Source: an uncultured Eubacteriales bacterium
Lineage (GTDB): Bacteria > Bacillota > Clostridia > Oscillospirales > Acutalibacteraceae
Length of the DNA: 64,000 bases
Direction: 5' to 3'
Assembly: GCA_934643185.1 (NCBI GenBank)
Contig: CAKUBN010000008.1
Location: forward strand, 627-64,626
In this document: positions 40,970-49,365 of the stretch, piece after piece
Layout of the letters: the number at the start of each line of letters is the position of its first letter
Position numbering within the stretch: the stretch's first letter is position 1
Notes under the pieces: model-generated
What the model was told of the DNA's origin: nothing
The model's database searches: none
What the model saw: only the letters and a program-made list of their open reading frames with translations
Position numbers and translations under genes: made by a program

Positions 40970-41009
40970 GGCCTCACCGCATGGCTTTGTACATACGGTG
41001 GGGCCTTTT
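40970..41009 (+). terminator. Terminator after galT
   Basis: ggcctcaccg...cggtggggcc stem (one G-U pair) followed by TTTT. Confidence 0.6.
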
Positions 41010-41030
41010 GGTATTTGTAATGAGGCTGGT

Positions 41031-41279
41031 TTAAATCTCCTTGCCGCAATGCGGGCAGTATTTTCCGTTTGCGTATCGGATTTTTCCGCAGTGCGGGCAT
41101 TTGTTTGTGAGGACTTTATAGACGGCACAAATGAGGATGACGCCCCAGCAAGCGGCGGCTATGTAGGCTTCGGTCAGGACATCGTAATGGCCGCTGAATA
41201 GTTTTGCGCCGATGATGCCTAAGTCGATAATAAACAGAATGAATGCGATTGCAAACGCCCATGTCGTGATCTTTTTCAC
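41031..41279 (-). CDS. Small membrane protein with a C-terminal zinc ribbon
   Basis: 82 aa, GTG start. Two TM helices, then CPHCGKIRYANGKYCPHCG. Confidence 0.6.
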   Translation of the reverse strand: MKKITTWAFAIAFILFIIDLGIIGAKLFSGHYDVLTEAYIAAACWGVILICAVYKVLTNKCPHCGKIRYANGKYCPHCGKEI

Positions 41280-41298
41280 ACAAACACCGCCTTTTGAA

Positions 41299-42864
41299 TT
41301 ACGAGTTTTTCACTGTGTCTTTCAGGGGCTCACTTTTTGTGCCGTCTTCGTTGACCTTCTGCATGTTCGGGTAGACGAGCGCAAGGTAGTTGTCGTCTAA
41401 GTGCTTATCGAGGAACATTTGGAACGAGCTTGTAGCCGGGATGCCCTCGGCGCGCTCGTTGGCGCGGGTCAGGGCGGCGCAGGAGATGAGCCCGTCGAAC
41501 AGCATAAACGCGACGAGCAAGATGGTAAGGATAGCGCCCGGGCGCTTCGGGATCTTTTCGATCATGCGCGACATGGCGGGGTAGATCTCTTTGATCCAGA
41601 TGAGACCGAGCGTGCCCCAGATGAGCGCGAACATCAAATTTGTGCGGCCGTCAATGTTGAACGGCGTGCCGCTGTAATCCCACGAAACGGTGCCGAACAG
41701 CATCTCCTGTCCCCAGCTGCACAGGTACTCGAACGCCGCACCGATGATGCCGCTGGCGACGAAAATGACGATGTCGTCCTGCTTATAGAGCTTATAGAGG
41801 CACAGCGTGATGATGGCCGCGCCGCCGCCGTAAATGGGCTGGAACGGGCCGTACACGAGACCCACACGCAGCTCGATCTGATGCGCGATGAAGAACGCCC
41901 AGCATTCCTCGAGCACAAAGCCGGCAAGGCAGCCGATGAAGAAGATCCAGAAAAGCTTTGTAAAGTTCATGCCGAACGCGAACGGGCGGTCCTCCGGGTT
42001 CTCGAACGTAGCTTCGTATTCGTAACGGTTGCGCTTCCAGCGATCGGCAGAGCGTTTTTTGCGCGCTTCCGTCGTGATGCGGAACGCCTTGAGCTCTTTT
42101 TCGTACTGCTCGTTCGTCATTTCCGGCGAGGCGTTCATGAAGCGGCGCTTTAAAAAGTTCGATTTGTTGAGCAGTGCCGTGTAGTTTTCGTCGGCGGTCT
42201 TCTGCGCTTCCTGAAGCTTCTTTTGCAGGTCGAGATCGTCGATGGCTTCCGCAGCGCCAATGGCACCGCCTGTGACGGCGTTGCCGAGCGCATCCCGCGC
42301 CTCGCGCACGCGGTCGCCGAGCTCGGACAGAAGCTTAAACTGGTGGTTTAAGCGCTGCACGGTGATGGACGTGATGATGATGTCGAGCAGCATGACACCG
42401 AGGACGGCGTAGAGGATGACCCAGCCGACGGTGCGGTTCACGTAGTGTAAAAGCGAGGTGAGCACCGGCACGACGAACATCAGAATAAACGAGAAGCACA
42501 CGCCGCGCACGACGGCGATGGGCACGGAAACATAGCCCCTGATGTTCCACTTGAATTTGGAATAATCACGCATGCGGATGTGCGTCGTTTTGCGCAGCAG
42601 CCACGCGAACGTGAACTCCACAAGGAAGCTTGAAAGCAGGCAGAAAAACAGCGTGGCCACAAACGACGTTTGCCAGTGCAGCGCCGTCAGCGCCGCCCAC
42701 GGCAGCGCGATCATCAGGCCGTATTGCGGGCAGTACGGGCCGTTCAGCATGCCGGGGTTTTTGAATTTTCGGTATACCATGCCGATGTACCCCACCTCTG
42801 CGACCCAGCCGCAGAAGGAAGCGAGCACAAAGTACCACAAGAAAAGCCAGACCTTGTATGCCAT
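41299..42864 (-). CDS. Membrane protein with two CmpB/DUF1113-like ('putative ABC-transporter type IV') modules separated by a charged coiled-coil linker
   Basis: Module 1: FCGWVAEVGY...LNGPYCPQYGL. Module 2: GFVLEECWAFF...VYGPFQPIYGGGA. Residues about 175-300 are Lys/Glu/Arg-rich. The family call is from recall. Confidence 0.65.
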   Translation of the reverse strand: MAYKVWLFLWYFVLASFCGWVAEVGYIGMVYRKFKNPGMLNGPYCPQYGLMIALPWAALTALHWQTSFVATLFFCLLSSFLVEFTFAWLLRKTTHIRMRDYSKFKWNIRGYVSVPIAVVRGVCFSFILMFVVPVLTSLLHYVNRTVGWVILYAVLGVMLLDIIITSITVQRLNHQFKLLSELGDRVREARDALGNAVTGGAIGAAEAIDDLDLQKKLQEAQKTADENYTALLNKSNFLKRRFMNASPEMTNEQYEKELKAFRITTEARKKRSADRWKRNRYEYEATFENPEDRPFAFGMNFTKLFWIFFIGCLAGFVLEECWAFFIAHQIELRVGLVYGPFQPIYGGGAAIITLCLYKLYKQDDIVIFVASGIIGAAFEYLCSWGQEMLFGTVSWDYSGTPFNIDGRTNLMFALIWGTLGLIWIKEIYPAMSRMIEKIPKRPGAILTILLVAFMLFDGLISCAALTRANERAEGIPATSSFQMFLDKHLDDNYLALVYPNMQKVNEDGTKSEPLKDTVKNS

Positions 42865-43081
42865 GCGTGCATCTCCTTAATACGCCGGGCGGTCTATAAA
42901 CGCCCGGAAAAGTATAGAACAGTATAGCATATTTCGCGGTTTTCAACAATACTTCTGCGAGAAAAATTGTCGGAAACCGCGGCAAAACAGGAAATTTGCA
43001 GAAACATGGGAAACGAGAATTGATTTTTAACGATATATGTGATACGCTGTTAAAAGAAATACAGGAAAGGTGCGAATCCAT

Positions 43082-43516
43082 ATGAAAAAGTTACTGGAAG
43101 AGTTCAAGCAGTTCATTGCGCGCGGCAACGTGCTGGACATGGCCGTCGGCGTCGTTGTGGCATCTGCGTTCACGGCGATCGTCAACGCGGTCGTCAGCGG
43201 CTTATTGACGCCGATCATCGGCCTGCTGCTCCCGGACACGACGTTTGCGGAATGGGCGCCGGGCGGCTTTGCCATCGGTGAAGTCATCAACGCGGTCATC
43301 ACGTTCTTCATCACGGCTGCGGCGGTTTTTGCCATTGTGAAAGCGGTAAACGCCGTGTCGAACCTGAAGAAAAAGCCGGAAGAGGAAAAGGCGGCCCCCA
43401 CCACGAAGACCTGCCCTTATTGCCTGATGGACGACGTGAAGATCGGCGCGACGAAGTGTCCGCACTGCGCGTCTGTGCTTCCGCCGGAGGACGAAGAGGA
43501 AAAGAAGGACGCATAA
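43082..43516 (+). CDS. mscL: Large-conductance mechanosensitive channel with a C-terminal zinc-ribbon extension
   Basis: MKKLLEEFKQFIARGNVLDMAVGVVVASAFTAIVNAVVSGLLTPIIG is canonical MscL. The tail is KTCPYCLMDDVKIGATKCPHCASVL. Confidence 0.9.
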   Translation: MKKLLEEFKQFIARGNVLDMAVGVVVASAFTAIVNAVVSGLLTPIIGLLLPDTTFAEWAPGGFAIGEVINAVITFFITAAAVFAIVKAVNAVSNLKKKPEEEKAAPTTKTCPYCLMDDVKIGATKCPHCASVLPPEDEEEKKDA

Positions 43517-43728
43517 TATCTCAGCTATACATACGCGGCTCTGCGGTGCTTTCATGCGCAGAGCCGCGCTTTCTTTTTATTGTCCGAAGGACTATATCAT
43601 CCGGCGCAAGCCGGATATCATTGCGTAGCAATATCATTCGCCGACAGGCGAATATAATTAAGGCGCACTTTCTAAGAGAAAGTACGCCTTAAAAAATACG
43701 CTGTTCTTATGTTTTGCTTAAAGCAAAA

Positions 43729-44550
43729 TTACCAGCCGAGGCCCTTGAGGTAATCGCGGCTCATCTTGACAGCCTCGAGAGCGGGGGTGTCATAGGACTG
43801 ATCCTGCTCGACGACGACCCACTTGGAGCCGGCTTCCAGTGCTGCATCGAGCACCGGCGGGATGTCCTGCATGCCGTGACCGACCGGACGGAACTCGAAC
43901 TTGCCGGTCTCTTCCTTCTTCTCGGTCTCAATGCCGATGAGCTCGTACATGTTGGCTGGCTTGCCTTCCTTGTAGAAGTCCTTCAGATGGACGACCGGTG
44001 CGCGGCCGGAGTACTTCTTGATGTAATCGACCGGCTCTTCGCCAGCGACCTTGACCCAGCAGATATCGAGCTCGGTCTGGAGCAGGTCAGCGGGGATCTC
44101 GGTGTAGATGTAATCGAGTGCATACTGGCCGTTCGGCATCTTTGCAAACTCGAAATCGTGGTTGTGATAAAGCAGCGTGATGCCGACCTTCTTGCAGGCT
44201 TCGCCGATCTTCTTGAAGGTCTCGATGTTCTTAAGGAACTTCTCGGTGCCCGGGCGATCCTCTTCCATCAGATAGGGGATAGCGATGTACTGCATGCCGA
44301 TCTCCTTATACTGTGCGACCGTGCCTTCGATGTCGGCTTCGAGCTCCTGGAACGGAACATGTGCGGAAAGCGGAACAAGGTCCACTTCTTCCAAGATAGC
44401 CTTGACTTCTGCGGGCTTCATGCCGTAAAGGCCTGCAAGCTCAACGCCGTCATAGCCCATGTCCTTGATCTTCTGCATGGTGCCCTTAAAATCGCGCTCA
44501 GCGTCATCGCGGACAGAATAAACCTGTACCGCTACGGGTAAAGTTTTCAT
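43729..44550 (-). CDS. Sugar phosphate isomerase/epimerase (xylose-isomerase-like TIM barrel)
   Basis: VAVQVYSVRDD...MGYDGVELAG...LLYHNHDFEF...HLKD...VVVEQD. Confidence 0.85.
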   Translation of the reverse strand: MKTLPVAVQVYSVRDDAERDFKGTMQKIKDMGYDGVELAGLYGMKPAEVKAILEEVDLVPLSAHVPFQELEADIEGTVAQYKEIGMQYIAIPYLMEEDRPGTEKFLKNIETFKKIGEACKKVGITLLYHNHDFEFAKMPNGQYALDYIYTEIPADLLQTELDICWVKVAGEEPVDYIKKYSGRAPVVHLKDFYKEGKPANMYELIGIETEKKEETGKFEFRPVGHGMQDIPPVLDAALEAGSKWVVVEQDQSYDTPALEAVKMSRDYLKGLGW

Positions 44551-44610
44551 GGTGAACTCCTCCTGTGGTTTTGAAATCTGACTCCATTATACAAGGGTAT
44601 TTGCAAAAAA

Positions 44611-45369
44611 TCAATGGAATTTTCGTAAAAAGCCGAGTTTTAATTGGTTATTATCGCCCTCTTTTTCCATTTCGGTAGCGGGGTTCGTAAATTCCTTCAG
44701 GCGCGCCGCATAGGCTTCTTCAAGCGCGTTTTCAAAGGGGAGCGGTTTGACTTCGGCGCCGATCAGGTGTAATAGATAGCGCGTGAACGCGGGATTCATG
44801 GTGAGAAGCGGCCCCACAAGGTACGTGCCGAAAAAGTTGTGCGTGTGCACGCCCTCTAATTTGGAGCTTTTATTGAGCCCCATGCCGCGCTCGGCCTTGG
44901 CAAAATAGTAAGCGCTGTTGTCGCCGTAGGCCATGGTGAACTGCGTTTTGCAGCCGAGCAGCTGTATGTCTTGGAAAGTTCCGAGGAAGTTGCCATTATA
45001 GCGATGGTTGTAGTCCCGCACGGCGTAAAGGTCGAAAAGGTCAAGCCCCTGTATGGTGCGGCCGCCGTCCCGAATCTCGCGGAACAGGATCTCTACGGCG
45101 TTGCCGGTGAAAAGAAAGCAGCGCCCTTTTTCAATTTGCGCTGCAAGCTGTGCTTTGTACGGCAGCAGCTTTTCGATGACTTTTTCCTGCGTGTGCTCGG
45201 ACATGGAGCCGAGGTAGACAAGGTCAACGGGATGGTTTACAAACTGCGGCGTTTCATAGAGCGCGGTCTCGATGAATTCCGCTTCGGGCAGGCAGGCCTT
45301 TAATAGCAGTACGTTGCCGTAATCGCCGAAGAGATTGCAGCACTCGGGAAATAAGATCTCAATTTTCAT
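44611..45369 (-). CDS. GatD-like CobB/CobQ-type (GATase_3) protein, copy 1, apparently lacking the Cys/His nucleophile pair
   Basis: MKIEILFPECCNLFGDYGNVLLLK...FLFTGNAVEIL...FGTYLVGPLL aligns by eye with GatD (NLYSDIGN...ICGGYQFLG...GTYLHGPIL). Its ATG overlaps the murT-like stop by 11 nt. Confidence 0.8.
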   Translation of the reverse strand: MKIEILFPECCNLFGDYGNVLLLKACLPEAEFIETALYETPQFVNHPVDLVYLGSMSEHTQEKVIEKLLPYKAQLAAQIEKGRCFLFTGNAVEILFREIRDGGRTIQGLDLFDLYAVRDYNHRYNGNFLGTFQDIQLLGCKTQFTMAYGDNSAYYFAKAERGMGLNKSSKLEGVHTHNFFGTYLVGPLLTMNPAFTRYLLHLIGAEVKPLPFENALEEAYAARLKEFTNPATEMEKEGDNNQLKLGFLRKFH

Positions 45370-46741
45370 CGGTTGCCTCCTTGGCGCGCGCCATCAGGCG
45401 GTCGCGGGTCTGCTCAGCATCGGCGCGGGTGAACACGGCGTGCAGAATGTAAACGCGCTCAACGTTTTTCAAATCGACGAGCGCCACGGCGTCCTCCGGC
45501 TTTTCGGCGCAGCGGATTTTCTCCTGCGGAATGCCGGCGAGCAAAGCGCGCATTTGGTAATCGTAGCAGCGGCTGCCGACGTTGACAAGCTGACGCACAC
45601 AATCGGTATTCAAAAATTCGTAGTCCGCTTCGTAGAGCCACGCGGTGTTTTCCGAGGAATGCGCCGCGTCGTGCTGGTCGTAGTTCATGAGCACGACGGC
45701 ACAGGGGATATTCTGCTCTGCGATGAACTCGAACACGCGCGAGCTTGCGATGGGGCTTTGGCCTTTGGCCAGGCAAAGCACGATCTCTTTGTTACCGGCT
45801 GTTTGAATGTCGTAGCGCGTGCGGGTGAGCTCCGCTTTTTCGAGCGAGGACGCGATCTGCTCCATGGAAAGCCCGAGCGTTTTCAGCAGCGTGACAGCGG
45901 TGAGCTCGTTATAAAGATCGGTGATGTTTTTGCCGAGCAGGCGGTAGGTCTCCTCCCCCTGCGGCGCGGAAAGCGTAAAACGCATGGCGGTTTGGTCGAC
46001 GGCTTTCACCTCATAATCGATGCGCGGCGAGCCGTAATCGCAGTTTGGGCAGTGCGCGCGGCCAATGTGGTTATACCGCAGAAAGCGATAGGAAAGCGGC
46101 GCGCCGCACTGCGGGCAGGCGGTGATGTCCCGCACAAGGTTTGGGCGGGCGGCCTTGTCGCGCGGGAGTTCGTCAATGCCGAAATACACGCGCGGGTTCT
46201 GCGGCTTCAAATGGCTCGTGATGAGGTCGTCGCCGTTTAAAATGAGCGTGGCTTTGTCGTTCAGGTTTTTGTTTAGAAGGTCGGCGATGAATTCCACGTT
46301 TGCGTTGCGGTCCAGTGCATCGCGGCAGAGATTGGTGCAGACGAAGTAATCCGGCTGAATGTAGGAGAGGATCTTTTCCGCCGAGCGTTCGTCAAACTCA
46401 AAAATAGCCAGGTCGTGCTTCGGGTCGCCGAAAAAGGTGGAATCCGCAATGAGCGCCGAGGCGATGCCCGTGTTGACGTTTGCGCCGAAGCGGTTGCAGA
46501 CGTATTCCACATGGTTATCCGTTAGAATATCCTCCGTCAGGTTGCAGACCGTGGTTTTGCCGTTTGTGCCGGCCACCATGACGACGGTTTTCGGGCGCGG
46601 CATGCGGCCCAAAAAATCCGGGCACAAAATAATGGCCCAAGAACCCGGCATGGATGTGCCCTTTCGCCCGATGAGCTTTAAAACGCGCGCCGTGCATTTG
46701 GCAAAAAACAGGGCAAAATAAAAGCGAAATGATTTTTTCAA
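45359..46741 (-). CDS. MurT-like Mur-ligase-family protein (Mur_ligase_M, Cys4 ribbon, DUF1727 C-terminal domain), copy 1
   Basis: ORF 45359..46903 trimmed to the TTG at 46741, 6 nt after GGAGG and in register with the paralog start. GRKGTSMPG, P-loop AGTNGKTT, FEFDERS, NLCRDALDR, CPQCGAPL...HCPNCDY and ...ENTAWLYEADYEF. Confidence 0.85.
   Translation of the reverse strand: MKKSFRFYFALFFAKCTARVLKLIGRKGTSMPGSWAIILCPDFLGRMPRPKTVVMVAGTNGKTTVCNLTEDILTDNHVEYVCNRFGANVNTGIASALIADSTFFGDPKHDLAIFEFDERSAEKILSYIQPDYFVCTNLCRDALDRNANVEFIADLLNKNLNDKATLILNGDDLITSHLKPQNPRVYFGIDELPRDKAARPNLVRDITACPQCGAPLSYRFLRYNHIGRAHCPNCDYGSPRIDYEVKAVDQTAMRFTLSAPQGEETYRLLGKNITDLYNELTAVTLLKTLGLSMEQIASSLEKAELTRTRYDIQTAGNKEIVLCLAKGQSPIASSRVFEFIAEQNIPCAVVLMNYDQHDAAHSSENTAWLYEADYEFLNTDCVRQLVNVGSRCYDYQMRALLAGIPQEKIRCAEKPEDAVALVDLKNVERVYILHAVFTRADAEQTRDRLMARAKEATDEN
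46617..46684. repeat. Left arm of a 68-nt inverted repeat shared by the 5' ends of the two murT paralogs
   Basis: The reverse complement of 46617..46684 matches 47348..47415 at 62 of 68 positions by my manual alignment. The 35-nt stretch atgccgggttcttgggc(c/t)attattttgtgcccgga matches at 34 of 35 positions, synonymous sites included. Confidence 0.8.
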
Positions 46742-46819
46742 GGGTTTCCTCCAATTTTGAATGTGAAGATGTAAAGGCGTGCCGCACGGCGAGAAACACA
46801 AGGTGCGGTATCGGCAAAA

Positions 46820-46848
46820 ATTATAGCACTGCATGCACAAATAGTCAA
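46820..46848 (-). promoter_or_regulatory. Strong consensus-like promoter for murT-like copy 1 (TTGACT, 17-nt spacer, TGcTATAAT)
   Basis: The reverse strand reads ttgact-atttgtgcatgcagtgc-tataat. The -35 is at 46848..46843 and the -10 at 46825..46820. Confidence 0.6.
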
Positions 46849-46866
46849 TACTTGCTCTTTTTGCCA

Positions 46867-46895
46867 TTAAGAATGCAGCACAGATTGGGTATAAT
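46867..46895 (+). promoter_or_regulatory. Candidate promoter for the XRE-murT2-gatD2-glycosylase operon (TTAAGA, 17-nt spacer, TATAAT)
   Basis: TATAAT at 46890..46895. The -35 (TTAAGA at 46867..46872) is weak. Confidence 0.3.
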
Positions 46896-46934
46896 GAAAA
46901 CAAAAATCGGGAAGTGCGGAAAAAGAGGAAGCGA

Positions 46935-47285
46935 ATGAAAAATTTTTTGGGTGAAAAAATCAGACAATATCGCGTGGAAAACGGGCTGACGCAGCGCCAG
47001 TTTGCGGACCGGTGCGATTTGGATGAGTTTTATATCAGCCGCATAGAAAACGGAAAACGCACACCGGGCAGAAAGGCGCTGATTCAAATCGCGAATGCCA
47101 TGCAGATCTCGGTGGATTCTTTGCTGCAGACGGAATCAAACGCCGCTTTTCAAAGCGAATACGCACGCTTTATGCAGGAATTTGAAATTTGCTCCGCAGA
47201 GCTTTCAGCCGAAGACAAGGAGTATATTCTGGATACATTAGAGCTGCTGCGCAGACGCTTTTTTAAGATCGATCGGAAGGAATGA
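46935..47285 (+). CDS. XRE-family helix-turn-helix transcriptional regulator
   Basis: ATG at 46935 after AGAGGAAG. FLGEKIRQYRVENGLTQRQFADRCDLDEFYISRIENGKRTPGRKALIQIANAM. Its stop overlaps the murT2 ATG (ATGA). Confidence 0.85.
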   Translation: MKNFLGEKIRQYRVENGLTQRQFADRCDLDEFYISRIENGKRTPGRKALIQIANAMQISVDSLLQTESNAAFQSEYARFMQEFEICSAELSAEDKEYILDTLELLRRRFFKIDRKE

Positions 47286-48667
47286 AGAAAATGAAACGAA
47301 ATTTACGCTTTTATTTTGCGCTGATGTTCGCCCGCGGCACAGCGCTTGTTTTAAAGCTCATCGGCAGGAAGGGTACGTCCATGCCGGGTTCTTGGGCTAT
47401 TATTTTGTGCCCGGACTTTATCGGGCGCATGCCGAAGCCGAAGAAGATCATCGGCATTACGGGTACAAACGGCAAAACGACCGTCTCGAATATGATCGAG
47501 GACGTTCTGGAGGATAACGGCATTGAGTTTATGTGCAACCGCTCCGGCACGAATGTGGCGACCGGCGTGGCTTCCACGCTCATTGCGAACAGCCATTTCT
47601 TCGGCAAGCCGAAGTGCGACCTTGCGGTGTTTGAGCTGGACGAGCGCTCCTCACCGAACATTTACCCCTACATGCAGCCGGACATCGTGCTGTGCACGAA
47701 CATTTTTCGCGATTCGTATAAGCGCAATGCGCACGCGGAGTTCATCCTCGACATTTTGAATAAAGAGATCCCGAAGGGCACAAAGCTCGTCTTAAACGGC
47801 GACGACCCGCTGTGCAGCTCCATTAAGCCTGAAAACGACCGCGTGTATTTCGGCATTGACCACCTTGACACGGACAAAAAAGCATGCGACAATATCGTAA
47901 ATGATGTGCCTGCCTGCCCGGTTTGCCACGGCCCGCTCGTGCACGATGTGGTGCGCTACCATCATATCGGCCGCGTGCACTGCGAAAACTGCGGCTACCG
48001 CTCGCCGGACATCGACTACCTTGCAACGGATATCGACACGAAGAGCATGAAGATGAACGTGGAAGAGGGCGGCAAAAAATCGGAGTATCCGCTTTTGAAC
48101 AGCACGAATATCAATATCTACAATTCCCTTGCCGCCATTGCGACGCTGCGCGAATTCGGCCTTTCCGAAGAGAAGATCCGCCGGTCCATGGAGAAAATGG
48201 GCATCAGCGAGACGCGTTACTCCGAAAAAGAAATGAACGGCAGAAAGTACATTCTGCACCTTGCAAAGGGCCAGAACCCCATTGCGTGCTCCCGCGCGTT
48301 TGAGAATATCCGCAATGCGCCGGGCAAAAAGTCTGTTGTAATGTTCCTTGACGACTATTTTGATGCGCGCCACACCGTGGAGAACACCGCGTGGTTCTAC
48401 GATACCGATTTTGAATTTTTGAACGACCCGAGCATCGTGCAGGTCGTCATTGCCGGTGCGCGCCACCACGATACGTATGTGCGCACGCTTTTGGCCGGTG
48501 TGCCGGCGGAAAAAATCGTGCACATGCGCGACGAAAACGATACGCCCGCGGCGGTCTCGAAAGAAGCGGACACGGTGTTCATTTTGTATGACGTGTATAC
48601 CATCCGTTTGGCGAATGACATTCGCGATAAGATGATCGAGCGTGAAAAGGAGGGCGAAGCGAAATGA
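47282..48667 (+). CDS. MurT-like Mur-ligase-family protein, copy 2
   Basis: 461 aa. GRKGTSMPG, TGTNGKTT, FELDERS, NIFRDSYKR, CPVCHGPL...HCENCGY and ...ENTAWFYDTDFEF. By eye, roughly half to 60% aa identity to copy 1. Confidence 0.85.
   Translation: MKKMKRNLRFYFALMFARGTALVLKLIGRKGTSMPGSWAIILCPDFIGRMPKPKKIIGITGTNGKTTVSNMIEDVLEDNGIEFMCNRSGTNVATGVASTLIANSHFFGKPKCDLAVFELDERSSPNIYPYMQPDIVLCTNIFRDSYKRNAHAEFILDILNKEIPKGTKLVLNGDDPLCSSIKPENDRVYFGIDHLDTDKKACDNIVNDVPACPVCHGPLVHDVVRYHHIGRVHCENCGYRSPDIDYLATDIDTKSMKMNVEEGGKKSEYPLLNSTNINIYNSLAAIATLREFGLSEEKIRRSMEKMGISETRYSEKEMNGRKYILHLAKGQNPIACSRAFENIRNAPGKKSVVMFLDDYFDARHTVENTAWFYDTDFEFLNDPSIVQVVIAGARHHDTYVRTLLAGVPAEKIVHMRDENDTPAAVSKEADTVFILYDVYTIRLANDIRDKMIEREKEGEAK
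47348..47415. repeat. Right arm of the 68-nt inverted repeat (see 46617..46684)
   Basis: gttttaaagctcatcggcaggaagggtacgtccatgccgggttcttgggctattattttgtgcccgga. Confidence 0.8.
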
Positions 48668-49365
48668 AAATAGAGATCCTTTTCCCGGAATTCTGCAACC
48701 TGTTCGGCGACGCGTATAACATGGTCTACCTTGAAAAAACGCTGCCGGAAGCGGAGTTTATCCGCACGAAATTCAGCGACGACGTGCGCTTTACCGAAGA
48801 AAAAATGAACCTTGTGTACATGGGCCCCATGACGGAGCGCATGCAGGAGCAGGTCATCCGCAAGCTGATGCCGCTGAAAGAGAAGATCAAAAAAGCCATC
48901 GATGACGGCACGGTGTTCCTTTTCACGGGCAACGCGCTCGAGATTTTCGGCGATTACATTGAAAACGAAGACGGCAGCCGCATTGAGTGCTTAGGGCTTT
49001 ACCGTCTGTATGCCAAGCGCAACATGATGCACCGCCACAACAGCGACTTTGAGGGCGAGTTTGACGGCAACGTCATCATGGGCTTTAAGACGCAGTTCAC
49101 GATGGCCTATACGCCGGATGAATCGCACGGCTTGTTCGTAAAAAACAAGGGCGTGGGCCTCAACAAAAAGGCAAAGTATGAGGGCATCCGCGTGAATAAT
49201 TTCTTAGGCACATACCTTGTAGGGCCGATTTTGGTACTGAACCCGCCGTTTACAAAGTACATTTTGAATTTGATGGGCGCAGGCGACGTGAAGCTTGCGT
49301 TTGAAGCGGAGAACATGGCGGCCTACGAGCAGCGCAAGAAGGATTTTGCCGAGAAGGTGCACTGA
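48664..49365 (+). CDS. GatD-like CobB/CobQ-type (GATase_3) protein, copy 2, apparently lacking the Cys/His pair
   Basis: MKIEILFPEFCNLFGDAYNMVYLEK...FLFTGNALEIF...LGTYLVGPIL. ATGA overlap with murT2. Confidence 0.8.
   Translation: MKIEILFPEFCNLFGDAYNMVYLEKTLPEAEFIRTKFSDDVRFTEEKMNLVYMGPMTERMQEQVIRKLMPLKEKIKKAIDDGTVFLFTGNALEIFGDYIENEDGSRIECLGLYRLYAKRNMMHRHNSDFEGEFDGNVIMGFKTQFTMAYTPDESHGLFVKNKGVGLNKKAKYEGIRVNNFLGTYLVGPILVLNPPFTKYILNLMGAGDVKLAFEAENMAAYEQRKKDFAEKVH

Noticed and set aside
46742-46903. 54-codon N-terminal extension of murT-like copy 1 given by the ORF track (start at 46903)
   Set aside because: The extension has no counterpart in the paralog and would cover the mapped TTGACT-17-TATAAT promoter. 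The TTG at 46741 has a GGAGG RBS and aligns with the paralog N-terminus.
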